Virus record (IMG/VR): IMGVR_UViG_3300045988_139943
Span: 1-33,987 of that record
Source of the DNA: a virus
DNA length: 33,987 bases
Strand: one strand, 5' to 3'
The translations under genes were made by a program, and so were the position numbers. This document shows, one piece after another, positions 16,672-26,072 of this stretch. The stretch's first letter is position 1. Every line of letters starts with the position of its first letter. The notes under the pieces are model-generated. The model had not been told where the DNA came from. It worked only from the letters and a program-made list of their open reading frames with translations, and searched no databases.

Positions 16672-17917
16672 TATTTTTATCTCCTTTTTGTTCGGATTTT
16701 TTGTCTGGATCTGTTTTGTTTTTATCGTTACCGACTCCCTGATATTCGTTAGCCTTATCAGCGTCGACATAGTTTAGAGATACGATACGCTTATCGCCTC
16801 CCTCGACTGGCTCAAACTCAAAAACCTCTCTACATTCGTTAAATGTAAACATACCGAGAGTTAATCCCTCTTTACAGATATTCATTTTTGTAGAGTTGTT
16901 GGCAAAGGTTAGACGAGACGCACTCATTACGATTTTACGACCGAGTTCTAGCTCTCTCTCTGTGAAAATTTTTCTACTAAATTCCTCTGCTATCTGTATT
17001 GCTAAAGGCTCAATAGTATTAGAGTAAAAAGCGTTAAATTTATCCTCGTTAAAAGTTCCTTTGATAATATCCTCAGAGACTCCATAATAGAGATACACTT
17101 GATTATTCGCTATGAGTTGATTACGGCTGTCTACTGTGTAAGGTTCTATTTTTGTCTCGACAAAATCACATTTACCGTCTAACGCTCCGATACCGTCTCC
17201 ATTTTGCATATAGGACTTAACAAAATTTTCTTTATAGACTTTTAAATCTTCGCCTTTTAAATTCCCAGCATATTTTAAATAACCTCTGAGCATTGATGAG
17301 GCGTTGACAGCATTTACAAAACCCTCAACAAAAGACTTAAACAGCTTTAAAACAGGGTTTACTATTATTGATTGTCCTGAGCCAAATAAATCGTTGTCGT
17401 TATAATGCCGTCTTAAATGTATCAGCTCTGAGTACGGTAATATCACCTTATAGAGTCCAGAGGATTTAAAATAAAATTTGCAATAAATTTTATTATCTTT
17501 TTCTAAAAATTCTATAGAGCTGTAAGGGACTGGGTAAAGTCCCTCTATGGTATTATCATCAGCATAATTGATATAAACAAAAGCGTTATTATTGGTTAAT
17601 AGTTGAGATGTTACCTTATAAAAAAAATCGTATCTGCTGTCTATAACATTCGGACTGTTTGTCAACAAATACTCTAAACGCTTAGAAAATTTTGTTTTAT
17701 ATCCAATAACCTTAGGCATGAGTTTTGCCGTATGCTTTGCTATTGTGTCTATACAGGCTCTCATTAGTAAATTGTCATAGACTTTGTTATTATCTGCTAA
17801 CAAGTACGGAGAGTAGCTATTAAGCATTTTTAAACTCTCATAACCTCCAGAGTCTGTACTCCTGTCTTTAAAAATATTCTTAAAAAAATTCCTTAATTCT
17901 ATTTTCATAGTTTTCAC
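16652..17917 (-). CDS. Portal protein.
   Basis: 421 aa. Lies between the large terminase and prohead protease genes. Confidence 0.6.
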   Translation of the reverse strand: MKTMKIELRNFFKNIFKDRSTDSGGYESLKMLNSYSPYLLADNNKVYDNLLMRACIDTIAKHTAKLMPKVIGYKTKFSKRLEYLLTNSPNVIDSRYDFFYKVTSQLLTNNNAFVYINYADDNTIEGLYPVPYSSIEFLEKDNKIYCKFYFKSSGLYKVILPYSELIHLRRHYNDNDLFGSGQSIIVNPVLKLFKSFVEGFVNAVNASSMLRGYLKYAGNLKGEDLKVYKENFVKSYMQNGDGIGALDGKCDFVETKIEPYTVDSRNQLIANNQVYLYYGVSEDIIKGTFNEDKFNAFYSNTIEPLAIQIAEEFSRKIFTERELELGRKIVMSASRLTFANNSTKMNICKEGLTLGMFTFNECREVFEFEPVEGGDKRIVSLNYVDADKANEYQGVGNDKNKTDPDKKSEQKGDKNNEQIKT

Positions 17918-19587
17918 CTTTTAATAAGTCGTAAGTATTCGTCTCGCTCGTCCAAATAAAAGACATAAGCGTTTAACATGCCAGCAAAACCGTCTATACG
18001 TCTACGAGGGTTAGAGGTTTTAGCTGGTTGTATGTTCTCGTTTTTGTCAATATCAGCTCTTACGTTGGTTAAGCACCATTTCGTAATGGGGTTATTATTG
18101 TAATTTACCTTTTTGCTCATAAATTCAGCTTTTAAGGCTTTCATGGGGCCTGACAGAGTTTTTTTACCCTGAATTATCGGACGCCCAATATCCCCAAAAC
18201 TATCACGCATATTTTTGACGTAAGCCTGAGCCGACCAACTATCGTAGCCATGTCCATAGATATAGAGTCCGTAATCGTTCTGTATCTCTTCAAACCAGCT
18301 GACTACGTCGTCGTAATCGACTTTATTACCGTTCGAGACTCTAAGTAAGCCTAAATCATACCAGACGTCATAAGGTATTTTATCCTCTTTTTTTCGCCTA
18401 TCCAGTAAGTCATACGGCAACCAATACATAGTATGGAAGTACAACAAGTCGCTTGTAGGAATTTGAAATAAAATACTAGCTGAGGTCAAGTCAGTAGTTG
18501 AGGATAAGTCTGTCCCTCCTATACCGTAATCAGGTTTTAGCTCTGATAAATCAAAAGTTATAGGATTGTAAATATCGTCATAGTCAAAATAAACCTCTGA
18601 GCTAGTCTCTGGGATATTAAACTCTTTTGTAAGTACGTTTTTACGGTTTATCGGATTTCCGATAGCGACATCTACTTTACGTCTCAGATAATCGTACTTT
18701 TTAGAGACTCCCAAATTAGGATTAGCCTTAGGCCAGCTTTTTTCGTCTGTCCATTCGTTCCTATCGTCCAGCTCGTATATAATTGGTAAAAAAGCGTCGT
18801 CTTTATAGCCGTTATCATCAAATAAGCCGTTAATTAAATTCTCAGCCTCAGCGTATTTTACGTCATACGCTCCCTCTCTAATAAATCCAGCTGTAGTAGT
18901 TATCAGGATTAGTGGCTCGTCTCTGGCTGAAATACCGTCAGCTACAATGTTATAAAGCTCTACACCTTTCCAAGCGTGTATCTCGTCGCACTCTGCAAGA
19001 TAAATATTTAAACCGTCCTCTGTATTGCTATCACTAGACAAAGGCTTAAAAGTTGAATTTGTTTTATCATAAGCCAGTTGACTGGTTAAACATCTTACAC
19101 GTCTATTTAAATCTGGACTTTTTTCAGTCATATTTTTTGACTCTTGCCAGATAATTTTAGCTTGTTCTTTTTTAGTAGCGACAGAATAACACTCAGCTCC
19201 ACCCTCTCCGTCGGCTATCAGCATATATAAAGCAATTCCAGAGGCTAATAAAGATTTACCATTTTTTTTAGCGACAACTAACAAAGCCTCCCGGAAACGT
19301 CTAAACTCTGTCTCTTTATCAATAATCCCAAAAACAGCACCTATAAAAGCCTTTTGCCAAAGTTCTAAAATTACAGGCTTATTCGCCCAGCGTCCTTTAG
19401 AGTGTTTACAGTAACGCTCGATAAAATCTATTGCGTGATTTGCTCTGATTTCATTATAGTAGTATTTTGATTTAATTTTACCTGTTACGAGTTCGTATAG
19501 ATATTTATAAACCTTAGCAACTTTTTTAGAAACGACCTCTTTACCAGACTCTATTAAATTGTAATACTCTATAATTGGGTTACTCAT
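17914..19587 (-). CDS. Terminase large subunit.
   Basis: 557 aa. P-loop-like VVAKKNGKSLLASGIAL. The C-terminal nuclease region matches Terminase_1-type proteins. Confidence 0.7.
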   Translation of the reverse strand: MSNPIIEYYNLIESGKEVVSKKVAKVYKYLYELVTGKIKSKYYYNEIRANHAIDFIERYCKHSKGRWANKPVILELWQKAFIGAVFGIIDKETEFRRFREALLVVAKKNGKSLLASGIALYMLIADGEGGAECYSVATKKEQAKIIWQESKNMTEKSPDLNRRVRCLTSQLAYDKTNSTFKPLSSDSNTEDGLNIYLAECDEIHAWKGVELYNIVADGISARDEPLILITTTAGFIREGAYDVKYAEAENLINGLFDDNGYKDDAFLPIIYELDDRNEWTDEKSWPKANPNLGVSKKYDYLRRKVDVAIGNPINRKNVLTKEFNIPETSSEVYFDYDDIYNPITFDLSELKPDYGIGGTDLSSTTDLTSASILFQIPTSDLLYFHTMYWLPYDLLDRRKKEDKIPYDVWYDLGLLRVSNGNKVDYDDVVSWFEEIQNDYGLYIYGHGYDSWSAQAYVKNMRDSFGDIGRPIIQGKKTLSGPMKALKAEFMSKKVNYNNNPITKWCLTNVRADIDKNENIQPAKTSNPRRRIDGFAGMLNAYVFYLDERDEYLRLIKR

Positions 19588-20065
19588 TCTTTCTACTTCT
19601 AACCTCTAAAAATTTGTCAAACTCGTCCTTATAATCTGCAGGAGTAGTAGGCTTGTAATTTTCATCTACTGGGAGTAAGTCCGTCAGCTGTTTTATTAGG
19701 GCCGCTTTTTGCTTTGTTGTGTTCAAATACGCTTTATAGTAGGTAGAGTCTTTGAGTCCTTTTTGATTTGCTCCATTCTGATACTCTTCTACTATTCCGT
19801 AAGTGTCTACGTCTTTTCTTAATTCAGCTGTTTTAACAGTCATGTAAGCTATATCTTTTATCAGGTCTAAGGCTATGTTTAATTTATCCTCGTCAATAGC
19901 TTTATTTTTCAGGTAAGTTATAAGCCTTTTTTCTTCTGATTTTATAAGTTTCTCAGACGGACTCATTTTAGAGCGTTTAACAGTCTTTTTAGCTGTTTTA
20001 GGCTCTTTAGTCTCTGTTTTAGCCTTTTTTGTAGTCTTTTTAGTAGCTGTTTTTGTTGTAGCCAT
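19580..20065 (-). CDS. Terminase small subunit (P27-like).
   Basis: The track ORF uses GTG at 20092. The better start is ATG at 20065 (MATTKTATKK...), preceded by AAAGAGGA with a 9-nt spacer. K/T-rich N-terminal DNA-binding arm. Confidence 0.5.
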   Translation of the reverse strand: MATTKTATKKTTKKAKTETKEPKTAKKTVKRSKMSPSEKLIKSEEKRLITYLKNKAIDEDKLNIALDLIKDIAYMTVKTAELRKDVDTYGIVEEYQNGANQKGLKDSTYYKAYLNTTKQKAALIKQLTDLLPVDENYKPTTPADYKDEFDKFLEVRSRKNE

Positions 20066-20092
20066 AGTCAAAAATCCTCTTTTATACCCCAC

Positions 20093-20188
20093 CCCCTCAT
20101 GTGTGCGAGACTTGTATTTTTTGAAGCTGGGGGTGCGGTCTTTTGTAAAAAAAATTTTAAAAATTTCAGGTGGGGGGAGTAAAAATCT
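20093..20188. other. Candidate cos/packaging-site region between the HNH and terS genes.
   Basis: G/C runs that stand out in an AT-rich genome: ccccaccccc, gctgggggtgcgg, caggtgggggga. Position typical of cos sites in HNH-terS-terL phages. Confidence 0.3.
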
Positions 20189-20512
20189 TTAAAACCTTTG
20201 TCCCTCTTGCGTTTCATCTCTTCTGATTAAATCTCCTGACTCATCAAAACATAAACCCCACTCAGTCGGTGAGTATTTTTCGTTGTGTTCTCTCTGGTGG
20301 CAAACATCACAAAGCAATTCAAAGTTATTAAAGTCTAATGTTATCTCTGGATTGTTTACATTCTCTGGAGTCAAATAAATTTTATGATGTACTTGTTTAC
20401 TGTTAGGCTTTCCACATCTCTCACAAATACCAAACTTTGACGCTATGTATGCTTTTCTTGCTCTCTTCCATTCAAGAGAATTATAAAAACTTTTAGAAAA
20501 TTCACGAGCCAT
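20189..20512 (-). CDS. HNH endonuclease (terminase-associated).
   Basis: 107 aa. CxxC...HH...CxxCH zinc-finger/HNH pattern: CERCGK...VHHKIYL...CDVCHQREH. Confidence 0.75.
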   Translation of the reverse strand: MAREFSKSFYNSLEWKRARKAYIASKFGICERCGKPNSKQVHHKIYLTPENVNNPEITLDFNNFELLCDVCHQREHNEKYSPTEWGLCFDESGDLIRRDETQEGQRF

Positions 20513-20647
20513 AAAAACCTTAAAGAAATACAGAGCAATAAATCAGCTTATCACTCTGTAAATGTTGTGTGTGTTTTGCTTGAAACAACTGAAAAATAAA
20601 AGACTCTAAAGCGAGCCGTAATCTGTTAATAGATAAATAGGAGGGAA

Positions 20648-21097
20648 TTAAATTTTATAAGTCTTACAAACGCTTACTATCTTTTTATCACTCGCCCAGT
20701 CGGACTCGTTTAAATATCTAGCACGCTGAGTTTTAGAGTCTATAACTTTTCCGTATTTGAAATCAATATGCTTGCTAAAAGGTACGCTCTGAATAGGACA
20801 CGATAAAGGCTGTCTCTCTCTTACTTTTGCTGTAGCCTCTAAATATTCCCAAGCCTCCGAGCTTGATAGTCTCTCTCGTTCTAACAATTTTCTACGGCCT
20901 CTAAGAGTTCCGTATCTGGTTACAGTTACAATAAGACAGCCACACTTTTTACAAGTATAGCTGTCTACGACTTCTTTTACGACTCTGTCAGAGCCTACAA
21001 ATTTCTTTTGTATAGGTTTGTTAATATCGGTATCAATGCACCAATACGTCTCTGGGTCATTCTTACTATATTTAACACCACAACATACTATAGACAT
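20648..21097 (-). CDS. Cys-rich hypothetical protein in the late-regulator position.
   Basis: 149 aa. CCGVKY...YWC...CKKCGC... Sits upstream of the packaging genes. Confidence 0.35.
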   Translation of the reverse strand: MSIVCCGVKYSKNDPETYWCIDTDINKPIQKKFVGSDRVVKEVVDSYTCKKCGCLIVTVTRYGTLRGRRKLLERERLSSSEAWEYLEATAKVRERQPLSCPIQSVPFSKHIDFKYGKVIDSKTQRARYLNESDWASDKKIVSVCKTYKI

Positions 21098-21193
21098 AGT
21101 TCTCCCAATTTCTGACGAGGTAGTCTTTTGGGTTAAAAGGCTCTCGACATTTGCAATAATACCATATTTTTTAGTAACCAGTTGGTTACTCTT

Positions 21194-21397
21194 TTATCTG
21201 TTAAGGTCGTAATGTAGTAATAGTAAGTATTCTCTAACGAGTCCGACTCTGTCTTTAACTTTGAAATATTTAAAACAAATTCTTAAATTTTTCTTAACAT
21301 TTTCTACGGAATATCCGAGAATATCGGCTATCTCTTTGTTAGATTTTCCGTCTACAACTAGCTCAGTTATTTTCTTTTGAATTTCATTCAGTCTCAT
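21194..21397 (-). CDS. Small sigma-70 region-4 / LuxR-type HTH protein. Possible late transcription regulator.
   Basis: 67 aa. ITELVVDGKSNKEIADILGYSVENVKKNL matches the region-4 / LuxR HTH pattern. Confidence 0.45.
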   Translation of the reverse strand: MRLNEIQKKITELVVDGKSNKEIADILGYSVENVKKNLRICFKYFKVKDRVGLVREYLLLLHYDLNR

Positions 21398-21681
21398 TAT
21401 TTTAGCCTCCTCCCTAGTTCTATAACCCAGACTCTATCAAGTCCTAAATCGTTCGACTCTGTAGACCGATAAATACGCTTTATTTCAAACTCCATTCTCT
21501 CAGGGTTCTTTTTATAGCCTTTTTGAAAAATTACGGACTTATAAAATCCGTCTGGTCTTGTTAGTCTATTGTTCCAGTAATGCTTAATTTCCCTGTATTC
21601 CTTAGTCTTTTTGCCAGATTTGATTTTATCAAACCACTCATATTTAAGGACTAAATTAAGAGATTTTTTGGTTTTGTTCAT
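21397..21681 (-). CDS. ASCH/DUF3850-like small protein.
   Basis: 94 aa. LKYEWFDKIKSGKKTKEYREIK...FEIKRI resembles ASCH-type domains. Confidence 0.3.
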   Translation of the reverse strand: MNKTKKSLNLVLKYEWFDKIKSGKKTKEYREIKHYWNNRLTRPDGFYKSVIFQKGYKKNPERMEFEIKRIYRSTESNDLGLDRVWVIELGRRLK

Positions 21682-21869
21682 TCCTTTGACTCCTTTAGCT
21701 CTTTGTACTTTTTGTCTAATTCAGGCTGGATTTTTTCTCTATACCAGCTAATAAATTCATCTTGATGTTTGTCAGTCAAATATACAGCGTCAACACAACA
21801 GCGATAATTACTTTTTACGTTACCTTTGCACTTATAACCTACAAACAGTAAGGATTTATCTTTTTTCAT
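21678..21869 (-). CDS. Hypothetical small Cys-containing protein.
   Basis: 63 aa ORF in an operon. Confidence 0.3.
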   Translation of the reverse strand: MKKDKSLLFVGYKCKGNVKSNYRCCVDAVYLTDKHQDEFISWYREKIQPELDKKYKELKESKE

Positions 21870-22132
21870 TAGTAAAAATTCCTCTCTTGCTTTTTGTAAA
21901 GCTCTGTATTAAATAGAGCTTGCTGTACCTCTGCTGGAGCTTTACCGTCGTAAATTTTTTGTAAACATCTCTGGACTGCATACATAAGCCTTTTTTCTTT
22001 TTCTGCCTGTTCTTTTGTCATTTTTCCAGAGGTAATAAGTTTAGGATAAACAGCATAGCGTAAGCCGACCTCTCTTTTTACACAGTCTATCATTTCTCCC
22101 AAAAGCTCATAATCTATTACTTTATCTGGCAT
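21869..22132 (-). CDS. Hypothetical protein.
   Basis: 87 aa ORF in an operon. Confidence 0.3.
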   Translation of the reverse strand: MPDKVIDYELLGEMIDCVKREVGLRYAVYPKLITSGKMTKEQAEKEKRLMYAVQRCLQKIYDGKAPAEVQQALFNTELYKKQERNFY

Positions 22133-23352
22133 GGTTGTGTCTCCTCTGTTAAATGTCTGAAAATATGAGCTATAACGTCGACAGTCCAGCCGTTACCTAT
22201 CGCCTTATATCGTTGAGTATTGCTGACGTGAGCCGTATAATTATCAGGTAGAGTCTGCAAGCGTTCACATTCTATAGGCGTAAGTTTTCTGACGATATAG
22301 TCTCCGTCTGGTAAATCTATAGGATAAACAACTCCGTTTTTAGTTGTTACAGTTTTATTTTTAACGGTTATTATCGTTCCTTTTTTCTCTGTTGTAGCTG
22401 GCTCTAATACTTGCGACTGCTGTACGTTCTGCCCTAAAGCGTTAGCCTTACCGTCTGAGCGTATTTCAACTCTCAAAACTCTTTCTAATACCATTGAGTC
22501 TGTATCTCTCAGAGTCAAACTATTAGCTTTACCGTCTGTTTTTATTTCAACCCTTTTTACTCTAGGTCGTCCGTCTTTTTTTCTGGGCCAAGTTCTCGAC
22601 GCACAGGGTACAGGCTCTAAAACTACGTTATTATGTTCCCAAGAGTTAGCCGTAAGTGTTGTAGACTTTTCTAAGTGGATATTTCCGTTATTTTTTCCTC
22701 GAGGACGCTGGTATAAAATAGGCTCTCCTATAAAGCTCGCTCTACTCTTTGGAAAATCTGAGTTAAAAGTCTTTTTTGCGTAATTTGCTGTTATAGGATA
22801 AGATTTACTGTCGTAAGTTTCTCCAGACTCTACAATATCTTTCAAAAAAATATTTAAGTTTTCAGGCTGTCCAATCTGTCCTATGTTCGTCCAATACAAT
22901 CGTTTACGACTCTGAGCCGACACTAAATCTGAGTTTATTAAAACAGGCTCTACACCTAAAATCTGGGTTATAATGTCTTTATTTTCTTTCGTCATACTGG
23001 CTACATTTTCCAGTAAAAAGTATTTTGGTTTACATTGTCTAAGTGCGTCTACAAACCTAAAAAAGAGGCCGCTACGCTCTCCACTTAGTCCCTTACGGTT
23101 TTCTTTTGCTATACTTAAATCCTGACAGGGACTCCCACCGATAAGCAAGTCGACATTTTCAAATTTTGTAAAATCTAAAAATCTAACGTCTCCAAGCTGT
23201 ACAGTTTTTGGATAATTCGCCTGAGTGATTTTTATAGCGTTCGCCTCAATCTCAGAGGCGTAGTAGTTCTCGTATTCAATCCCAGCTCTATTTAAAGCAA
23301 GCTGGCCGCATGATATTCCGTCAAATAATGATAAGATGTTTTTAAGTTTCAT
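22117..23352 (-). CDS. DNA (cytosine-5) methyltransferase with an internally duplicated target-recognition region.
   Basis: The likely start is MKLKNILSLFDGIS at 23352. Motif I is LFDGISCG, motif IV is GSPCQDLS and ENV is present. The C-terminal RYKAIGNGWTVDVI matches motif X. The variable region contains VEIKTDGKANSL / VEIRSDGKANAL repeats. Confidence 0.8.
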   Translation of the reverse strand: MKLKNILSLFDGISCGQLALNRAGIEYENYYASEIEANAIKITQANYPKTVQLGDVRFLDFTKFENVDLLIGGSPCQDLSIAKENRKGLSGERSGLFFRFVDALRQCKPKYFLLENVASMTKENKDIITQILGVEPVLINSDLVSAQSRKRLYWTNIGQIGQPENLNIFLKDIVESGETYDSKSYPITANYAKKTFNSDFPKSRASFIGEPILYQRPRGKNNGNIHLEKSTTLTANSWEHNNVVLEPVPCASRTWPRKKDGRPRVKRVEIKTDGKANSLTLRDTDSMVLERVLRVEIRSDGKANALGQNVQQSQVLEPATTEKKGTIITVKNKTVTTKNGVVYPIDLPDGDYIVRKLTPIECERLQTLPDNYTAHVSNTQRYKAIGNGWTVDVIAHIFRHLTEETQPCQIK

Positions 23353-23554
23353 TGATAAAGTCCCTTTTATGTTTTGTTTCTGGTTTTCCAAATTTTCTAA
23401 CCAGCTCCATTACTACAGTTTTCATCTGGCATGGGGTTTCCATAATCAAAGGAAGATAGCACCGAGAACACATACAGCCTATCTCGTAACACTCTACGGC
23501 TGACCGAGTCCAGCGTCTCGCTACGTCTCCTTTTATAAGACGCTTTTTCCTCAT
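23342..23554 (-). CDS. Small Cys-rich hypothetical protein.
   Basis: 70 aa. ECYEIGCMCSRC. Confidence 0.3.
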   Translation of the reverse strand: MRKKRLIKGDVARRWTRSAVECYEIGCMCSRCYLPLIMETPCQMKTVVMELVRKFGKPETKHKRDFINET

Positions 23555-23994
23555 AGATAACGTCTCCCTGTTAGCGTTACGTCTACATAGTCGTATTTTG
23601 AGTAATACTTATGAACTGAGCCGTCTACAATAGCCTTATCGTCTGTGTAAGCGAGTCCGTTAAGAGCGTCGCATATATTTTTAGAGATATTGTCCCAGTC
23701 AGGTTTTACAGTTGGTCTTAAAATTTTGTCCTCTGCAAGTTTTAATTTTTTAGAGCTTTTTTCGATATAAGCTGGATATTTAAAATAAACATCTAGCTTT
23801 ATTTCCAAATTAAAGCCGTCTAGCTCGTGGGGTAAGTGTTCTGGGTATTCCTTTTTAAAAGCAAGTTTTACCCAGTTGGCATAATTTACCATATCGTCTG
23901 GAGTGTACTTAACTCCATTACGTCCAAATTTGACAGACTGTTTAGCCTTAACTTTTCCCATTATTCTAAACTTATACTCTTTTAATTCGCTCAT
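23551..23994 (-). CDS. rusA: RusA-family Holliday junction resolvase.
   Basis: 147 aa. ...KPDWDNISKNICDALNGLAYTDDKAIVDG... is the RusA catalytic Asp pattern. Confidence 0.65.
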   Translation of the reverse strand: MSELKEYKFRIMGKVKAKQSVKFGRNGVKYTPDDMVNYANWVKLAFKKEYPEHLPHELDGFNLEIKLDVYFKYPAYIEKSSKKLKLAEDKILRPTVKPDWDNISKNICDALNGLAYTDDKAIVDGSVHKYYSKYDYVDVTLTGRRYL

Positions 23995-24066
23995 TTTTTA
24001 AATCTCCTTTAATTCCCTCGAAATTGAGGGAGATAAAATCCCCCTCTTATCGAGTTTTTAACGGTT

Positions 24067-25326
24067 TTACTCCTCTGGAGTTTCAGTATCTCCGTCTTTT
24101 TCTGTTGTTTCCTCAGTAGAGTCAGTCTCTGGAGTCTCAGCCTTTGGCTCTTCTGTAGTTTCTGCTGGTTGTTCGTTTTCAGTTGTTTCTGTATCTTTAG
24201 AATTATCCTCAGACTCTGAGTCAGTTTCAGTCTGTTTAGCTACAGTATCAGCGTCGAAAAGTTTTGTTTGAAAATTCGTTAATTTACTGTTAATTTCAGT
24301 AATTTTAATCTCGTAATCGTCAATCTCTTTTTCTGTAAGCTCGATATTTTGTCTATTTTTATCTGCAAGCTCTTTATACTCTTTTAGTAAATCCTCCATA
24401 GAGTCTATAGCCTCGTAATTTTTCAAGTGTTTTTTACACTCTTTAATATCTTGCTTTTTAGCGTTGTCCTGTACTGCATTTGAGACAATCATTTTAAGCT
24501 CAACAAAAGGCTCAAAGGTTAGCGTACTCGCTAGATTTTCATATCTTACAGCCTCTGTCTCTAGCTCATCAATTTTACGTTTTAAATTTTCTATACTTTT
24601 AGTATAGTCGTTGCGTCTTTCCAGTAGTCTTTTTTCTTCCTTACTGTTTGCTATGACTTCTGGTACAGGCTTGTTAGATTTTTCCTGATTTTCGTTATTT
24701 TCTTCTGTTTTTTGTGATTTTTCGTCCGTTTCTGCGTTGTTTTCTACAGTTTCTGTCGTTTCTTTTTTTTCTGGAGAGTCTATAGGGCCTGTTGTAGCGT
24801 CAGGAGTTACTACAGCGTCGGTATCGTCTGGAGTTTTAACCTCCGAGCTACTCTCGTTAGTTGCCTTTTCAATTTCTTTGGCTTGTCTTTCCAGCTCCTC
24901 AGCCTCAGCCTGAGAGATTATCTCTGTACCCTCTGGGAGCTTGTCAGTTTCACCGTTTAAAAATTCTTTGACATCTGCAGGGGCGTCCTCCGGGATTGAC
25001 TCGTCTTTAACTTCTGTATTTTCTACTGTAGTTTCCGACTCAGCTTTTACTACGTCTTTTCCTCTGGTTAATTCGTCCCAGTCTGGAGTATCGTAAATGT
25101 TACCCAGATAAGTTTTTTTAACGAGGTTTTTAGCGTCATTTTTTAGTAAAAATTTCTCAGTTGTTCCGACGTGTTCAACCATAAAGCCTTTTTCGTCGTC
25201 CTTAATTACTTTGTGATAAGGTATCATAGCTCCTTGCTCTTTATAGACATCACCTACAAAAATAGGACTTTGTCTATTTGCGTCAAAGTAACCAGCTGAT
25301 ACCTTTTCTGTTAATGTTTTTGTCAT
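24067..25326 (-). CDS. Highly acidic, low-complexity/coiled-coil protein (419 aa) with a ~120-aa globular N-terminal domain. Function unknown.
   Basis: E/D/T-rich tails (ETTETVENNAETDEKSQKTEENNENQEKS...DGDTETPEE) and central heptad-like repeats. Confidence 0.5.
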   Translation of the reverse strand: MTKTLTEKVSAGYFDANRQSPIFVGDVYKEQGAMIPYHKVIKDDEKGFMVEHVGTTEKFLLKNDAKNLVKKTYLGNIYDTPDWDELTRGKDVVKAESETTVENTEVKDESIPEDAPADVKEFLNGETDKLPEGTEIISQAEAEELERQAKEIEKATNESSSEVKTPDDTDAVVTPDATTGPIDSPEKKETTETVENNAETDEKSQKTEENNENQEKSNKPVPEVIANSKEEKRLLERRNDYTKSIENLKRKIDELETEAVRYENLASTLTFEPFVELKMIVSNAVQDNAKKQDIKECKKHLKNYEAIDSMEDLLKEYKELADKNRQNIELTEKEIDDYEIKITEINSKLTNFQTKLFDADTVAKQTETDSESEDNSKDTETTENEQPAETTEEPKAETPETDSTEETTEKDGDTETPEE

Positions 25327-25343
25327 GATATTCTCCTTATTTT

Positions 25344-26069
25344 TTAAAATAATGTTTGCTGAGTAACTATCTCAGCGTTAGTTACTGGTAGAGCTGTCGT
25401 GGCCTCCAGTCGCTCTATACTGGGTTTAAAATATTTTTCCTCTTTTTCTATGGCTATACAGCGACGTTTTAGCTGTTTACACGCTACAGCCGTAGTCCCT
25501 GAGCCTGAAAAAGTGTCTAAGACTAAATCTCCCTCTTTAGTGGAGTTAATTATAAAATTTCTGATTATGTCTAACGGTTTTGGCGTAGGGTGAGAGTAGA
25601 GCCGTTTATCCTTTACGTTTGTGTGTGTAACGTACCATGTACGCTTAGTTTTAAAAGTTCCGTAGAGTTTTACTCCTGTCTCTCTAAAGAATAAACATAT
25701 CTCTTTATCTGAGGCGTAACGGTTATTACAAGCTGGGACTACGTTATCTTTACACCAGTCTATCTGTGTCCAGTTACAGCCTTTATCTTCTACAAAATAT
25801 TTCAAGAGTGGTAAAACTTGACTCTGACTACAAAAAATATAGATGTTTATTTTTTTTAGGACTCTTACAAACTCGTCTAAGATTGAAAAATCAAAACTCT
25901 CAGAGATAGACTCCAGCTGTTTATAGTTGAGTTTCTTTTTTACTCCAAACGCTCCAGACCCCTGTTTTACTTTAATGTCATACGGAGGGTCAACTAAGAC
26001 CAGGTCTACAGAATTTGCCTCAATCTCTTTTATTAGTTTGTAAGAATTTCCTAAAATTATTTTTTGCAT
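25344..26069 (-). CDS. Orphan beta-class N6-adenine (or N4-cytosine) DNA methyltransferase.
   Basis: DPPY (motif IV) is near the N-terminus and FSGSGTT (motif I) near the C-terminus, with HPTPKP. No adjacent restriction endonuclease. Confidence 0.8.
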   Translation of the reverse strand: MQKIILGNSYKLIKEIEANSVDLVLVDPPYDIKVKQGSGAFGVKKKLNYKQLESISESFDFSILDEFVRVLKKINIYIFCSQSQVLPLLKYFVEDKGCNWTQIDWCKDNVVPACNNRYASDKEICLFFRETGVKLYGTFKTKRTWYVTHTNVKDKRLYSHPTPKPLDIIRNFIINSTKEGDLVLDTFSGSGTTAVACKQLKRRCIAIEKEEKYFKPSIERLEATTALPVTNAEIVTQQTLF

Positions 26070-26072
26070 TTT

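Noticed and set aside
20085-20140. ccaccccc...gggggtgcgg considered as a Rho-independent terminator.
   Set aside because: The arms are imperfect with a ~38-nt loop and no T tract. It is more likely part of a packaging or cos element.
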